Below, piece after piece: positions 43,718 through 53,554 of a stretch of 64,000 nt of DNA (its first letter is position 1; every line of letters begins with the position of its first letter). The notes under the pieces were generated by a model. It did no database searches. It saw only the letters and a program-made list of their open reading frames with translations, and was not told the origin of the DNA. Both the position numbers and the translations under genes were made by a program. Origin of the DNA: Candidatus Omnitrophota bacterium (GTDB taxonomy: Bacteria; Omnitrophota; Gorgyraeia; JACQQV01); contig JACQQV010000039.1 in assembly GCA_016206785.1 (NCBI GenBank), forward strand, positions 5,978 to 69,977, given 5' to 3'.

Positions 43718-46353
43718 GGAGATTCTTTTTTCTGCGCTTCTTGCGGAAGGAGGAGGATCACGGCCTTCTTCTGCGGCTCAAAATAGGTTGAGGCGACACG
43801 CTGGAGATCTTCGGCTGTGACAGAGCGAATTTTTTCTTCGTAGTCCAAGTAGTGAAGGTGGCCCAATCCATAGAGCTCATCGAGTGCGACTTGGAAAGAG
43901 AGATCTTCCGGCGTCTCCAAGGAAAGTTTTTGAAGTCCGATTAAACTCTCTTTTGCCCTTTGGATCTCTTCGGAAGGAATGGGGGTGTCTCGTAGGACCT
44001 CGATTTCTGCAAGTAGTTTTTCCTGCACGCTCGGAAGTTCTTGTTCCGTCGTCGCCACATAAAATACATAGTGGCCCGGGTCAAGACCCCAAACCGGATA
44101 GGCCCCCAAGGTATAGGCTTGACCTCCCTTATCCCGAATCTCAAAATGTAATTTCCCCCCTCCTCCAGATAAAATATTGGTCAACACTTCAAACACATAA
44201 TAATCCTTATCCAAAAGTGAAATACCGTGGAAACCGACCAACACCACGGCTTGCTCCTTGGGAAGTCTTTCGGTGACGAAGCGGGGCTCTTCAAGAGGGG
44301 GTTCCAGGGGAAGTTGAGGACGTTTCCCGGACCGTGCCGGGAACCTTAAGAACGCTTTTTGTACCTCCTCAACTATTTTTTCAACCTCGATGTCTCCGAA
44401 AACCGTCACCACCATTCGCTCCGACGACAAAAGTCTCTGATAGAAAGCGACCAGGTCTTCTCGTGAAAGACGAGAAATCGTTTTTTCCGTCCCCAAGGGG
44501 TGGAAACGATAGGGATGACTTGTGTAGAGGGTCTTTCGCAAGAGCCGCCCCCCCACTTTGAAAATTTGATCCTGTTCTACCCTGAGGGCGGTAAGAATCT
44601 GTTTCCTTTCCTTCTCGAGTTGTTCTTTCGGAAAAGTGGAGTCGAACATGAGTTCTTTTAAAAGGTGGAGTCCTTCGACCGCGTCCTCTTTAAGGACTTT
44701 GAGACGGAGACCGAAACTGTTTTGTCCGCTAAAGGGTGAAAGGAGGGCGCCGTGGCCGTCGATCCATTCTGAAATTTCTTTTTCGTCTTTCGTGGCCGTC
44801 CCTTTGATGAGCATCTGAGAGAGAAAATTAGAAATTCCTTCGTGGTCAGCATCTTCAAACAAAAGACCTCCCAAATGCGCGATGCCGATGGAAACGGTTG
44901 GCTGTGTGGTCTCTTTTTGGAGGAGTAGACGCAGACCGTTTGGAAGCAGATGCCTTTCAATCGGTTTACCCTGAGAAGATTCCGGTTCCGCTCCTTCCGC
45001 GGTTTTTGGGGGACTTTGAGGAGCCAATGTCACCCGCGTCAGATTTTCATCCCCTAGATACGCTTCGGCCACCCTCTGGATATCCTCCGCCTCGACCGAT
45101 TCAATACCCTCAACATATCGTTCAGAAAATAAAGGATCGGAAGCGAGGATCTCATTTTCAGCCAGTTCCCCTGCCTGGGACTGAATCGTTTCCCTCCCAA
45201 AATAATAGTGACTAAGCACACCCCGCTTCGCTTTCTTCAGTTCTTTTTTTGAAACAGGAGAATGTTTCATCTTTTCGATTTCCTCCCGAATGGCCTTGAG
45301 GGCCTCTGGGATTTTATTTTCTTCCAACAGTGCTGAGATCGTAAAAAGCCCAGGATCTTTAGGAGAATAGTGGGAGGTGCCGATCGAGAAGACCAGTTCT
45401 TTTTCCTTTTGAAGAACTCTCACAAGCCGTGAACTTTCTCCCTCTCCAAGGAGGATCGCAAGGAGATCCAGCGGATACATGGCTTTGTCTGAAAAATCGA
45501 CGGTATGGTACCCCATGACCAGATGCGCAATCTGAATCTCGGCTTCTTCACGAACTTCCCGGACTCCCACTTGCACCGGTTCTCTCACGAGGGGTTCGGG
45601 AGACAGTCGGCCGCGTTCAAAGGGCCCAAAATGTTCTTCAATGAACTTTAACGCTTCACTTGAACGGATATCGCCAACAATCGCAAGAACCATGTTATTC
45701 GGGAGGTAGCGTTCCCGATAATATCGCACCGTTTCTTCCCGTGTCAGGTTTTTTAAGAGGGATTCATACCCAATGACAGGGTGGCGATAGGGATGGACCT
45801 GATAGGCGTTCTGCCAAAGGAGATCTGCCGTTCGCCTGGCTGGACTATCGTGGTTTAACCGGACCTCTTTCAGAACAACCTCTTTTTCTTTGGCGAATTC
45901 ACCTTCATCAAATTTCGCATGCATCAGGCAATCTGCGAGTACGGAGAGCGCTTCATTCAAACGAATTCGGTTCACCACGAGTGAATAGCCGGTCACATCG
46001 TGGGAGGTAAAAGCATTCATATCTCCCCCGTAGGAACGGATCGCCCGGTCGATTTCTCCCACCCCCCTTGTTTCGGTTCCCTTGAAAAGCATATGTTCTA
46101 CCACGTGACTGACGCCGCTCCCCGTCAAATCTCCTTCGTGGGCAGAACCCGTTTTCACATAGGCCATGACGGAAACAAGGGGGGCGCGATGAACTTCTTT
46201 TAAGAGAACGGTGAGGCCGTTGTCGAGTGTTTCTCGGGTGATGGAGGGGGTGTGTCTAAGAGGCGAACTGACCTTTTCTTTGGATTTCGGAAAGGCGGGG
46301 GATGCGGCTAAAAGAGACAGTAGGAGTAGAGGAACAATCCATTTTCGGCTCAT
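43714..46353 (-). CDS. Exported M16 zinc peptidase (two fused modules)
   Basis: Signal peptide; HVVEHMLFKG (HxxEH), NAFT; second LPNG module without the Zn motif. Confidence 0.92.
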   Translation of the reverse strand: MSRKWIVPLLLLSLLAASPAFPKSKEKVSSPLRHTPSITRETLDNGLTVLLKEVHRAPLVSVMAYVKTGSAHEGDLTGSGVSHVVEHMLFKGTETRGVGEIDRAIRSYGGDMNAFTSHDVTGYSLVVNRIRLNEALSVLADCLMHAKFDEGEFAKEKEVVLKEVRLNHDSPARRTADLLWQNAYQVHPYRHPVIGYESLLKNLTREETVRYYRERYLPNNMVLAIVGDIRSSEALKFIEEHFGPFERGRLSPEPLVREPVQVGVREVREEAEIQIAHLVMGYHTVDFSDKAMYPLDLLAILLGEGESSRLVRVLQKEKELVFSIGTSHYSPKDPGLFTISALLEENKIPEALKAIREEIEKMKHSPVSKKELKKAKRGVLSHYYFGRETIQSQAGELAENEILASDPLFSERYVEGIESVEAEDIQRVAEAYLGDENLTRVTLAPQSPPKTAEGAEPESSQGKPIERHLLPNGLRLLLQKETTQPTVSIGIAHLGGLLFEDADHEGISNFLSQMLIKGTATKDEKEISEWIDGHGALLSPFSGQNSFGLRLKVLKEDAVEGLHLLKELMFDSTFPKEQLEKERKQILTALRVEQDQIFKVGGRLLRKTLYTSHPYRFHPLGTEKTISRLSREDLVAFYQRLLSSERMVVTVFGDIEVEKIVEEVQKAFLRFPARSGKRPQLPLEPPLEEPRFVTERLPKEQAVVLVGFHGISLLDKDYYVFEVLTNILSGGGGKLHFEIRDKGGQAYTLGAYPVWGLDPGHYVFYVATTEQELPSVQEKLLAEIEVLRDTPIPSEEIQRAKESLIGLQKLSLETPEDLSFQVALDELYGLGHLHYLDYEEKIRSVTAEDLQRVASTYFEPQKKAVILLLPQEAQKKESP

Positions 46354-46368
46354 GGAGGGAAAACAGCA

Positions 46369-46539
46369 TTATCTTTTTCGAAAATTTCGCCGCATCTTGC
46401 GTCTTTTGCGTTCGCTCGGCTTCTCGTAATGTTTTCTGGCCTTGAGCGCTTTGAGGACCCCCTCGCGTTCTATCTTTTTCTTCAAGCGGCGAAGGGCCCG
46501 CTCCAGCGGTTCATTCTCTTTAACTTCTACTTTTGGCAT
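46369..46539 (-). CDS. rpsU: 30S ribosomal protein S21
   Basis: [22 protein letters not shown]...HYEKPS. Confidence 0.95.
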   Translation of the reverse strand: MPKVEVKENEPLERALRRLKKKIEREGVLKALKARKHYEKPSERKRRKMRRNFRKR

Positions 46540-46541
46540 TT

Positions 46542-47207
46542 TTATTCTCCCGGTCGTTGAACCTTGTCGTTGACAAAGGTCACTCTTACCCATAGAGAGG
46601 CAGAGGGCCGTTTAAACCCGTTTGGAAAAGGAGGAAAAGGAGAAGCGTCGATGACACTCCGCATCGCAATCTCCCGAAGAGCGGGGTGGGAGGGCTTCTC
46701 TTTTTCAACGGCCTTCACCTTTTTCAATTGGCCGTTTGAAAAAAGGACAAAGTTGAGCGTCACGTTTCCCTCTTGGCGACCGCTCCGGTAATACGCAAAC
46801 AAATTCTTCCGGATCCTTTCCCGGATCTCCTGATAATACGTCAGAAAAATTGGCTTTTCTTCATGATTGAGATGAAGGGCCTCGATCATCTCTGCTTCAG
46901 ACCGAATTTCTTCTTCCCGCTTGGAGGAAGTCTCTTTAGAAGAGATTTCTTCTTGTGAAGAGTTTTCTTTTCGTGAAAAGAGAGAGTCTTGTTCATCTAA
47001 CCCGAGGCCCTTTTGGGCCATCGGCGGTTCAGGAAGCGGGGGTTGGACAAGGTTCGGTTCCTCCCGTTGCACATAGAAGAGCTCGAGAGATTCTCTTGCA
47101 AAGGGAGACGGTCCTTGAAATGTAAATCGGCCCGCCCCAAAAAGGAGAAGAAAGTGGAGTGAAGAGGAAAAAAGGAGAGCATTCTGGAACGGCGTAAATC
47201 TTATCAT
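46542..47207 (-). CDS. TonB C-terminal domain protein
   Basis: N-terminal TM with SxxLH; Y...IRERI, V.L.F....[12 protein letters not shown]. Confidence 0.8.
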   Translation of the reverse strand: MIRFTPFQNALLFSSSLHFLLLFGAGRFTFQGPSPFARESLELFYVQREEPNLVQPPLPEPPMAQKGLGLDEQDSLFSRKENSSQEEISSKETSSKREEEIRSEAEMIEALHLNHEEKPIFLTYYQEIRERIRKNLFAYYRSGRQEGNVTLNFVLFSNGQLKKVKAVEKEKPSHPALREIAMRSVIDASPFPPFPNGFKRPSASLWVRVTFVNDKVQRPGE

Positions 47208-47241
47208 AACCTTATTATTATAAAAGAGATAGTCTGATTTG

Positions 47242-47676
47242 TCAATAGGATTTTCCCTGGCGCTTTTGGAAAGCTGCGATCTTAATTCTTTTCCACCCTT
47301 CATAAGGAAATTGAAATTCTCGGAGAAGAAGCGGTTTTTTACTATCGGAGAGTTCGATCAAAAGATCGCCGGTATGGCAAAAGCGGTGCCAAGGGTATTG
47401 TCGCACTTCGAGTTTTCCGATCGCCCCAAGGTCCACTTCTTGAGACCTTCTTCCCCTTTTTTTGAGGGTTAACGTTTCGGAAGTGAGGAACGCGGTGGCG
47501 GATGAGGAAAAGAAGAGAATTGAAAAAAGACCCCAACAAAAGAACGCACCCCAGTACGTGAGCCGGATCATTCCGGCACCGAGGAAGACTAAGGGAGAAT
47601 AGCGAACCAACAGGCCCCTTGCCCCGGTCTTGCCACTCCAAAGAAGAGTTTCAGGGCTGTTTGTCATTCTCAGCAT
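47242..47676 (-). CDS. Bacterial PH-domain membrane protein
   Basis: Two TMs, then LT...L..K.G, I...EVRQ..W.R...GDL.I. Confidence 0.6.
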   Translation of the reverse strand: MLRMTNSPETLLWSGKTGARGLLVRYSPLVFLGAGMIRLTYWGAFFCWGLFSILFFSSSATAFLTSETLTLKKRGRRSQEVDLGAIGKLEVRQYPWHRFCHTGDLLIELSDSKKPLLLREFQFPYEGWKRIKIAAFQKRQGKSY

Positions 47677-48073
47677 CTGATTTCTCCATCCGAAAAGGGT
47701 AACTTCTCGAGAAATCGACCTTTCCATCGAAATCGGTGTCTGCTCGATAGGTGGTAATGGTTCCCCCTTCGCCGTATTGCGCCCAGGCATCCACCTTCCC
47801 ATCAAGGTTGGTATCTACCTGGAGTTCCACCGGAACTCCTTTCCGGTAAAGTTTCCGGATATCCGTTTTCCCATCGTTGTTGGAATCGATTTCTTCTCGT
47901 ACTCTTTCCCCGCCTCGAAAATAATTTTTCCGTTTAACTTTACCATTTCCCTCGCGGTCGCTGACTTGGACTGTTTCTCTCGTCCAGAAAAGGAAAAGAA
48001 GCAAACAAGGTAGTCCTATGACCGTGGCTCTCGTGAGTATCTTAAAAGAAAAGGATCTGCTTACCGATCCCAT
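47651..48073 (-). CDS. Membrane-anchored protein with DxDxDG-type repeats
   Basis: TM, then DSNNDGKTD, DTNLDGKVD, DTDFDGKVD. Confidence 0.65.
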   Translation of the reverse strand: MGSVSRSFSFKILTRATVIGLPCLLLFLFWTRETVQVSDREGNGKVKRKNYFRGGERVREEIDSNNDGKTDIRKLYRKGVPVELQVDTNLDGKVDAWAQYGEGGTITTYRADTDFDGKVDFSRSYPFRMEKSDAENDKQP

Positions 48074-49040
48074 ATCGTATCGCCTTCTGATAGACCTTCC
48101 ATGCGACTGCAATATCCTGAATGGCAACTCCGGTGGAATCAAAAAGGGTGATCTCCCCTTTTGCGGTGCGCCCTTTCTTATGACCACAGACGATCTCACC
48201 CAATGTGGCGTAGATCTCTTTTTGAGTAAGGAGTCCTCGTGAAAAAGGGACATTGATTTCACCGCTCGTTGAGGCTTGGTGTCGATCGTCCACCACAATC
48301 TTTGCCCGTTTTAAGAGATCTGGGTCAATTTCTTCCTTTCCCTTTGAATCTGCCCCGATCGCATTGATATGAGTCCCGGGGTTCACCCATTCGCGACGGA
48401 TGAGGGGACGGCGGCTGGGAGTGGTCGTGACCAAAATGTCCGAACCTCGCACCGCATCACGGATGGTCTTTTTCTCCTGAAGGAATCTCCTAAACACCTT
48501 CATCCGATCATAAAAATGTTTTCGGTTCGAGGGGGTCAGACCCCAGAAGCATATACGACGGAACTTGAAATATTTTGAGAGGAAAAGAAGTTGCGTCTCC
48601 GCCTGTACCCCACATCCTACCAATCCCAACGTGACTGAATTTCTGCGGGCGAGGTATTTAGCGGCGACTGCCCCCGCCGCTCCCGTGCGCATTTTGGTGA
48701 GGAACGTTCCATCCAAGATGACCAAAGGAAAACCGGTACGAACATCGTTGAGAATAATAATTCCCATGACCGATGGGAGGGCGTAGGCGCGGTTATGGGG
48801 GTGGACATTCACCCACTTCATCCCACACCGTTTAGGAGAGGCTAAGTAGGCGGGCATAGCCCGAAAATCCCCGATTCCCTGAGGAAGGATGAGGTAAAGC
48901 TTGGGAGGAAGGAGCACCCTCCCCTCTCCATAGGCCCTAAAAGAGGATTCTACAGCGGAGAAGCACTCTTTAAGGGTTAAAAGCTTTTTCACATCGGTCG
49001 CCGTCAAAAGGAGCGTCTTGAATGATCTTCTTCTAGTCAT
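48042..49040 (-). CDS. Ornithine cyclodeaminase/mu-crystallin family (archaeal-type alanine dehydrogenase-like)
   Basis: GDFRAMPAY, GMKWVNVHP.N, T.MRTGA, GCGVQA, NAIGAD, FDSTG.AIQD. Confidence 0.85.
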   Translation of the reverse strand: MTRRRSFKTLLLTATDVKKLLTLKECFSAVESSFRAYGEGRVLLPPKLYLILPQGIGDFRAMPAYLASPKRCGMKWVNVHPHNRAYALPSVMGIIILNDVRTGFPLVILDGTFLTKMRTGAAGAVAAKYLARRNSVTLGLVGCGVQAETQLLFLSKYFKFRRICFWGLTPSNRKHFYDRMKVFRRFLQEKKTIRDAVRGSDILVTTTPSRRPLIRREWVNPGTHINAIGADSKGKEEIDPDLLKRAKIVVDDRHQASTSGEINVPFSRGLLTQKEIYATLGEIVCGHKKGRTAKGEITLFDSTGVAIQDIAVAWKVYQKAIRYGIGKQILFF

Positions 49041-49668
49041 CTTCAACCAAAGGAACGAAAGCGCATTCACAAATTTCTTTCAAGTCCATCTTCTCCTTTT
49101 GCTTATGGAGCAAGGTTAAGACTTGAGTGACAGGACCTCCCAGGGGAATCACCAGGCGACCCTCGCTCTCTAGCTGGGAAAGGAGAGGCAGTGGAATGGT
49201 GCGACTGGCGCAGGTGACGAGAATATGGTTATAGGGGCTAAATTGTGGCCACCCCCTCATCCCATTTTCACATTTAAGAGAAACGTTGTGATAGCCCAAA
49301 AGGCGAAGCCTTTCCTCAGCCTGCCTCGAAAGTTCCCCAATCCGCTCGATGGAAAAAACGGTTCCTGAGAGTTCTGCAAGAATGGCTGTTTGATATCCTG
49401 ACCCCGTTCCGATTTCAAGCACCTTTGAGGCTTCAGTAGGGGCAAGGGTCTGAGTCATTAAAGCGACCATGTAAGGTTGCGAAATCGTTTGATCAAATCC
49501 GATGGGAAGCGGGTAATCCTCGTACGCCTGCTCCTGGCATTCCTTTGGAACGAAGAGATGGCGAGGAACCTTTCGAAACGCTTTTAAAACTCTTGGATCT
49601 ACAATTCCTCTCCTTTCGAGTTGCCTCTCGATCATTCGCGCGCAGGAGACCTCAGGATCTTTTTTCAT
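49033..49668 (-). CDS. pcm: Protein-L-isoaspartate O-methyltransferase
   Basis: VPRHLF, QTISQPY, LEIGTGSGYQ, FVPL. Confidence 0.95.
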   Translation of the reverse strand: MKKDPEVSCARMIERQLERRGIVDPRVLKAFRKVPRHLFVPKECQEQAYEDYPLPIGFDQTISQPYMVALMTQTLAPTEASKVLEIGTGSGYQTAILAELSGTVFSIERIGELSRQAEERLRLLGYHNVSLKCENGMRGWPQFSPYNHILVTCASRTIPLPLLSQLESEGRLVIPLGGPVTQVLTLLHKQKEKMDLKEICECAFVPLVEDD

Positions 49669-50344
49669 ACCTTAGGTGTCTCCTTCTCGCATAAAGAAGT
49701 CTTAAAAAAAGATAGGTATCCCGGAGGGGGTGGATGCTGCTCTTCTGATCCCCGTAAATGGTGTGGACAGGTACTGAGACAATCCGAAAGCCGCGTCTTT
49801 TTGCCTCGATCAAGACTTCCGATTCAATTTCGTATTTCGAGGCCTTCAACTCCAAGACCCTGAGGAGATCCGAACGGACAAACTTGAACCCACACTGGGT
49901 ATCGGGAATCTCCTCTTGGAGAAGCCGGGAGAGGGCAAAAGACATAAAACGGTTGGTTAACCGTCGGACAAAGGGCATCGTAGCGGTTTCCCCCATCCGG
50001 TTCCCGACGACAACTCCAACCTTAGGATCTTGCACAGCGGTGATAAAAGAAGGGAGATCCTGTGGGCTATGTTGTCCGTCACCATCGAGAATCACGCATC
50101 CTTCAAAATCCTTTTCAAGGAGATACTGGAAACCGCTTCGTAGGGCCATTCCCTTCCCGAGGTTTTTGGGGTGGACAATCACATGGGCTCCATTTTTTTT
50201 TGAAACCTCGGCGGTTTGATCGGTCGAACCATCGTCTACAACGATCACATGGGGAAGCCATCGTTGAATTTCGGGAATGAGCGACCCCAATGTTTTTTCC
50301 TCATTCAAGGCCGGCACAAGCGCAGCGATCTTTTCATGATCCAT
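49652..50344 (-). CDS. GT2 glycosyltransferase (DPM1-like)
   Basis: PALNE, VDDGSTD, N.GKG, DGDGQH, DTQCGF. Confidence 0.9.
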   Translation of the reverse strand: MDHEKIAALVPALNEEKTLGSLIPEIQRWLPHVIVVDDGSTDQTAEVSKKNGAHVIVHPKNLGKGMALRSGFQYLLEKDFEGCVILDGDGQHSPQDLPSFITAVQDPKVGVVVGNRMGETATMPFVRRLTNRFMSFALSRLLQEEIPDTQCGFKFVRSDLLRVLELKASKYEIESEVLIEAKRRGFRIVSVPVHTIYGDQKSSIHPLRDTYLFLRLLYARRRHLRYEKRS

Positions 50345-51203
50345 CTTGAGCCATTTCCCATGGGTTTTGAAAGATAAGCCACTGGGTAGGGTAACGCCGG
50401 ATATAACTTTCCAGATGAGAGGCGATTTGTTGCGTGGTACTTAACAGGTCCGAAGAAAAATCGTCCGTCCTCGTTGGTTCAATCGGCGCTTCAAAGATAA
50501 GCCGGTAGAGTCCATGGGGAAGGCGGATCACAACCCCTACAATGAGAGGGCTTCCACAGCGCAAAGAAAGGGCAGCGGGCCCGCGGGGGAAAGAGACCCT
50601 TCGCCCAAGGAATGAGAGGGAGATCCCGTTTTTTGAAAAATCGCGGTCCCCCACCAAAAGGACCATCTCATTTCTGGTTAAGCGTTGAATGAGGGTCCAA
50701 ATCGAGTGATCCATAGGAATCACATGGAGTCCCTTTTTTCTCCGCTGGTCCATAAAAAAGCGGTTCACCCACTGGCTCTCATGGTGAAGGACCACCGCAC
50801 TCACCGGGTAGCCGAGCATGGCAAGACCTACACCGCCCCACTCCCAATTTCCAAAATGGGCCGTGACGCCTATGACCCCTTTCCCCTTTTGAAAGGCCTT
50901 TTCAATATGTTCAAGGCCTACAATTTCTACAACTCTTGAAAACTCCTCGTGGTCCACCTTCGGCAGGCGGAGAAAATCGACCAGATGCCTTCCAAAGTGG
51001 TGAAAGACATCCCTCGCCTCCCGGAATCCGGGACGCTTTCCCCCATCATAAATCCAGTAAAGATTTTGAAGAACCTGCCGGCGGCTCTTGAAGGAAAATA
51101 ATAAATGGAGGTCTGCCACGCAGTCTGCAATCCAATACGAAAAACGAAGTGGAAGACGGAGGACGAGCTCATAGGCTATCCGGTACAAGAAATAATGAAA
51201 CAT
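50334..51203 (-). CDS. LpxL/PatA-family lipid acyltransferase
   Basis: HFGNWE (HxxxxE), GDRD, F.G....P.GPA.L, IRRYPTQW. Confidence 0.88.
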   Translation of the reverse strand: MFHYFLYRIAYELVLRLPLRFSYWIADCVADLHLLFSFKSRRQVLQNLYWIYDGGKRPGFREARDVFHHFGRHLVDFLRLPKVDHEEFSRVVEIVGLEHIEKAFQKGKGVIGVTAHFGNWEWGGVGLAMLGYPVSAVVLHHESQWVNRFFMDQRRKKGLHVIPMDHSIWTLIQRLTRNEMVLLVGDRDFSKNGISLSFLGRRVSFPRGPAALSLRCGSPLIVGVVIRLPHGLYRLIFEAPIEPTRTDDFSSDLLSTTQQIASHLESYIRRYPTQWLIFQNPWEMAQDGS

Positions 51204-51205
51204 GT

Positions 51206-52324
51206 CTATTCCAATGAAAGGAGGAAATACGCCGCATCCAGGGCACTCGTCGGTTTTCGATAGCGATCGATGCGAAGGCGCATCTCCTCAAGTTTGGCCG
51301 GATGATGTAACAATTCTCTCACAAGGACGACAACTTCCTCCTCGTCTCGAGCTTTTACCGCGAGGCCTTCTTCGACAAGAAAGTTCGCGTTGGACGTTTC
51401 TTGTCCCCGGATCGGGTCGAAAATAACGAGAGGAAGTTGTTTGGCAAGGCCTTCAGCCGTGGTGAGTCCCCCGGGTTTTGTAATTAAAAGGGTGGAAACT
51501 TCCATCAACTCATCCGCATTCTCTACAAAATCGAATATCTTTATTCTTTTTCTAAAATGCCTTTCCCTTTTCTTCAGGTGGCGGTACAGCCGTTTATGGC
51601 TGCCGCAGACCACCAAAATCTGGATGGGCACCTCTAAACGGTCAAGAACTTTGACAATCTTTGCAATCGGTCCAAGGCCCTGGCTTCCCCCCATCAGGAG
51701 AAGCGTAGGTATCTTTGGATCCAATCCCAGACGCAAGGTGAGGTTCTCTTTTTTTCCGTCCCTCCGGAATTTAGGATCGATCGGAATCCCATGCGTTAAG
51801 ATTTTTTCTGGCTTAATTCCGTTTTGAGAAAGTTTCATCTTTGCCCTCTCGGAAGAAACGATGTAAAAGTCGACGTTGTCGTAAATCCAATAAGAGTGGG
51901 GAAAATAGTCGGTCAGAACCCCTACGAGAGGAACGGCAAGCCCGAGATTTTTTTTCACTTCAGCGATAAGACCACAAGGGAAAGCCTGGGTGCAGGCAAC
52001 GACGTCAGGTTTAAATTCCTCAAGAAGAAGTTGGAGTTTGGGGGAATTGAAGCGGTGGACCAGGTTCCGGAAACTTTGGGTACTTTTGACAACGCTCGGG
52101 TTGTCATAGAGGTACCCCCATACCTCCGGATGGGTGCGAATGAGCCCAAAATATGTTTTCTTGATGATCCGTTCGAGAATCGGGTTCGTGTAACTAAGGG
52201 TATTGATGCTGAGGACCGACGAGTCCGGCGAGAGTTCGTGGAGCGCTTTTTCAAGTGCCAGGCTCGCACGATGATGGCCAGAGTTGGGGGAAATGTACAT
52301 CAAGAGAATCCGTTTTGGCCTCAT
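51206..52324 (-). CDS. MGDG synthase/UgtP-like diacylglycerol glycosyltransferase
   Basis: SGH..A, TQAFP, LTDY..H..W, GIPI, MGGSQG, TKPGGLT.AE, GQE..NA. Confidence 0.88.
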   Translation of the reverse strand: MRPKRILLMYISPNSGHHRASLALEKALHELSPDSSVLSINTLSYTNPILERIIKKTYFGLIRTHPEVWGYLYDNPSVVKSTQSFRNLVHRFNSPKLQLLLEEFKPDVVACTQAFPCGLIAEVKKNLGLAVPLVGVLTDYFPHSYWIYDNVDFYIVSSERAKMKLSQNGIKPEKILTHGIPIDPKFRRDGKKENLTLRLGLDPKIPTLLLMGGSQGLGPIAKIVKVLDRLEVPIQILVVCGSHKRLYRHLKKRERHFRKRIKIFDFVENADELMEVSTLLITKPGGLTTAEGLAKQLPLVIFDPIRGQETSNANFLVEEGLAVKARDEEEVVVLVRELLHHPAKLEEMRLRIDRYRKPTSALDAAYFLLSLE

Positions 52325-52344
52325 GGCGGCGAACCCTTTTTGGG

Positions 52345-53529
52345 TCAACTTTCTATTTCAAGGAGTTTTTGCATCCTCTTTAATGCGATGGCAAGTCTTT
52401 CTTCGGGCTCAACCAACGCAAATCGGATATACCCTTCCCCATATTCTCCGAAACCTGTCCCCGGGGCGACCCCCACACCCGCCTCTTCGATGAGGAGCGT
52501 TGCAAATTCCATCGAAGTGAGAGCACTGTATTTGAGAGGAATGCGGGTCCAGAGGTAAAAGGTGGCTTTGGGCTTTGCCACCGGCCAGCCGATTTTGTTG
52601 AGGCCCTCTACAAAGAGATCCCGCCTTTTGCGATAAATCTCGGTCAGCTCCGCGACGTAGTCTTGAGGGCCGGTGAGGGCCTTGATGGCGGCATATTGCA
52701 CCGGCCGGAAAATGCCAAAGTCAATGTAGCTTTTTGTCTTAGCAAGGGATCTCAAGATCTCACGGTCCCCCACACAAAATGCAATCCTCCATCCTGCCAT
52801 ACTGTAAGACTTGGAAAGGGTATGAAATTCGATGATTCCTTCTTTGGCCCCCTTCACCTGAAGGAGGCTCGGCGCCTTGTAACCTTCAAAGACGATGTCC
52901 GAGTAGGCAAGGTCATGGGCGATGATGATATCCTTCCCCTTGGCCCAGTTGACCACCTCCTGGAAAAAGTGAAGATCAACCACTTGCGTCGTCGGGTTGT
53001 GGGGGTAGCTTAAGAAAAGAATCTTGGACATCTTAACCACTTCACGGCTTAACCCCTTCAAATTCGGTTTATAGTCGTTTTCGGGGGTCAAGGGAATGTT
53101 GTAGAGAATCCCTCCTGCCATAATCACACCGTTAAAATGAACCGGATAAGCAGGGTTTGGAACAAGGCCGATGTCGTCTGGATTCAGAAAGGCGAGGGAA
53201 AGATGGGCGATCCCTTCTTTGGCCCCGATGAGAGGAAGGACCTCTTCCTTGGGATCCAGCGTAATGCCAAATCGCTGGAAGTACCATTGCGCGATCGCCT
53301 CTTTGAGTTTTATCTCAACCGCTCCATTGGGACGGGAGTAACGGTGGTTTTCCGGTATAAGAACCTGTTGACGGAGTTCCTCGACCACATGCTTGGGCGT
53401 CGGCAAATCGGGATTTCCCATCCCGAGATCAACAACATCCACTCCCTTTGCACGGGCCTTGGCTTTGAGGTCGTCCATGATGGTAAAAAGATAAAGTGGC
53501 AAACGCTTCATTCGGTTCGCTTCATGCAT
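52345..53529 (-). CDS. Class I/II aminotransferase (LL-DAP aminotransferase/AlaC-like)
   Basis: DLGMGNPD, GAKEG, YPHNPT, HDLAY, SKSYSMAGWR, PGTGFG. Confidence 0.88.
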   Translation of the reverse strand: MHEANRMKRLPLYLFTIMDDLKAKARAKGVDVVDLGMGNPDLPTPKHVVEELRQQVLIPENHRYSRPNGAVEIKLKEAIAQWYFQRFGITLDPKEEVLPLIGAKEGIAHLSLAFLNPDDIGLVPNPAYPVHFNGVIMAGGILYNIPLTPENDYKPNLKGLSREVVKMSKILFLSYPHNPTTQVVDLHFFQEVVNWAKGKDIIIAHDLAYSDIVFEGYKAPSLLQVKGAKEGIIEFHTLSKSYSMAGWRIAFCVGDREILRSLAKTKSYIDFGIFRPVQYAAIKALTGPQDYVAELTEIYRKRRDLFVEGLNKIGWPVAKPKATFYLWTRIPLKYSALTSMEFATLLIEEAGVGVAPGTGFGEYGEGYIRFALVEPEERLAIALKRMQKLLEIES

Positions 53530-53554
53530 CTGTTCTTCCTGCCTTCCGGGTGTG

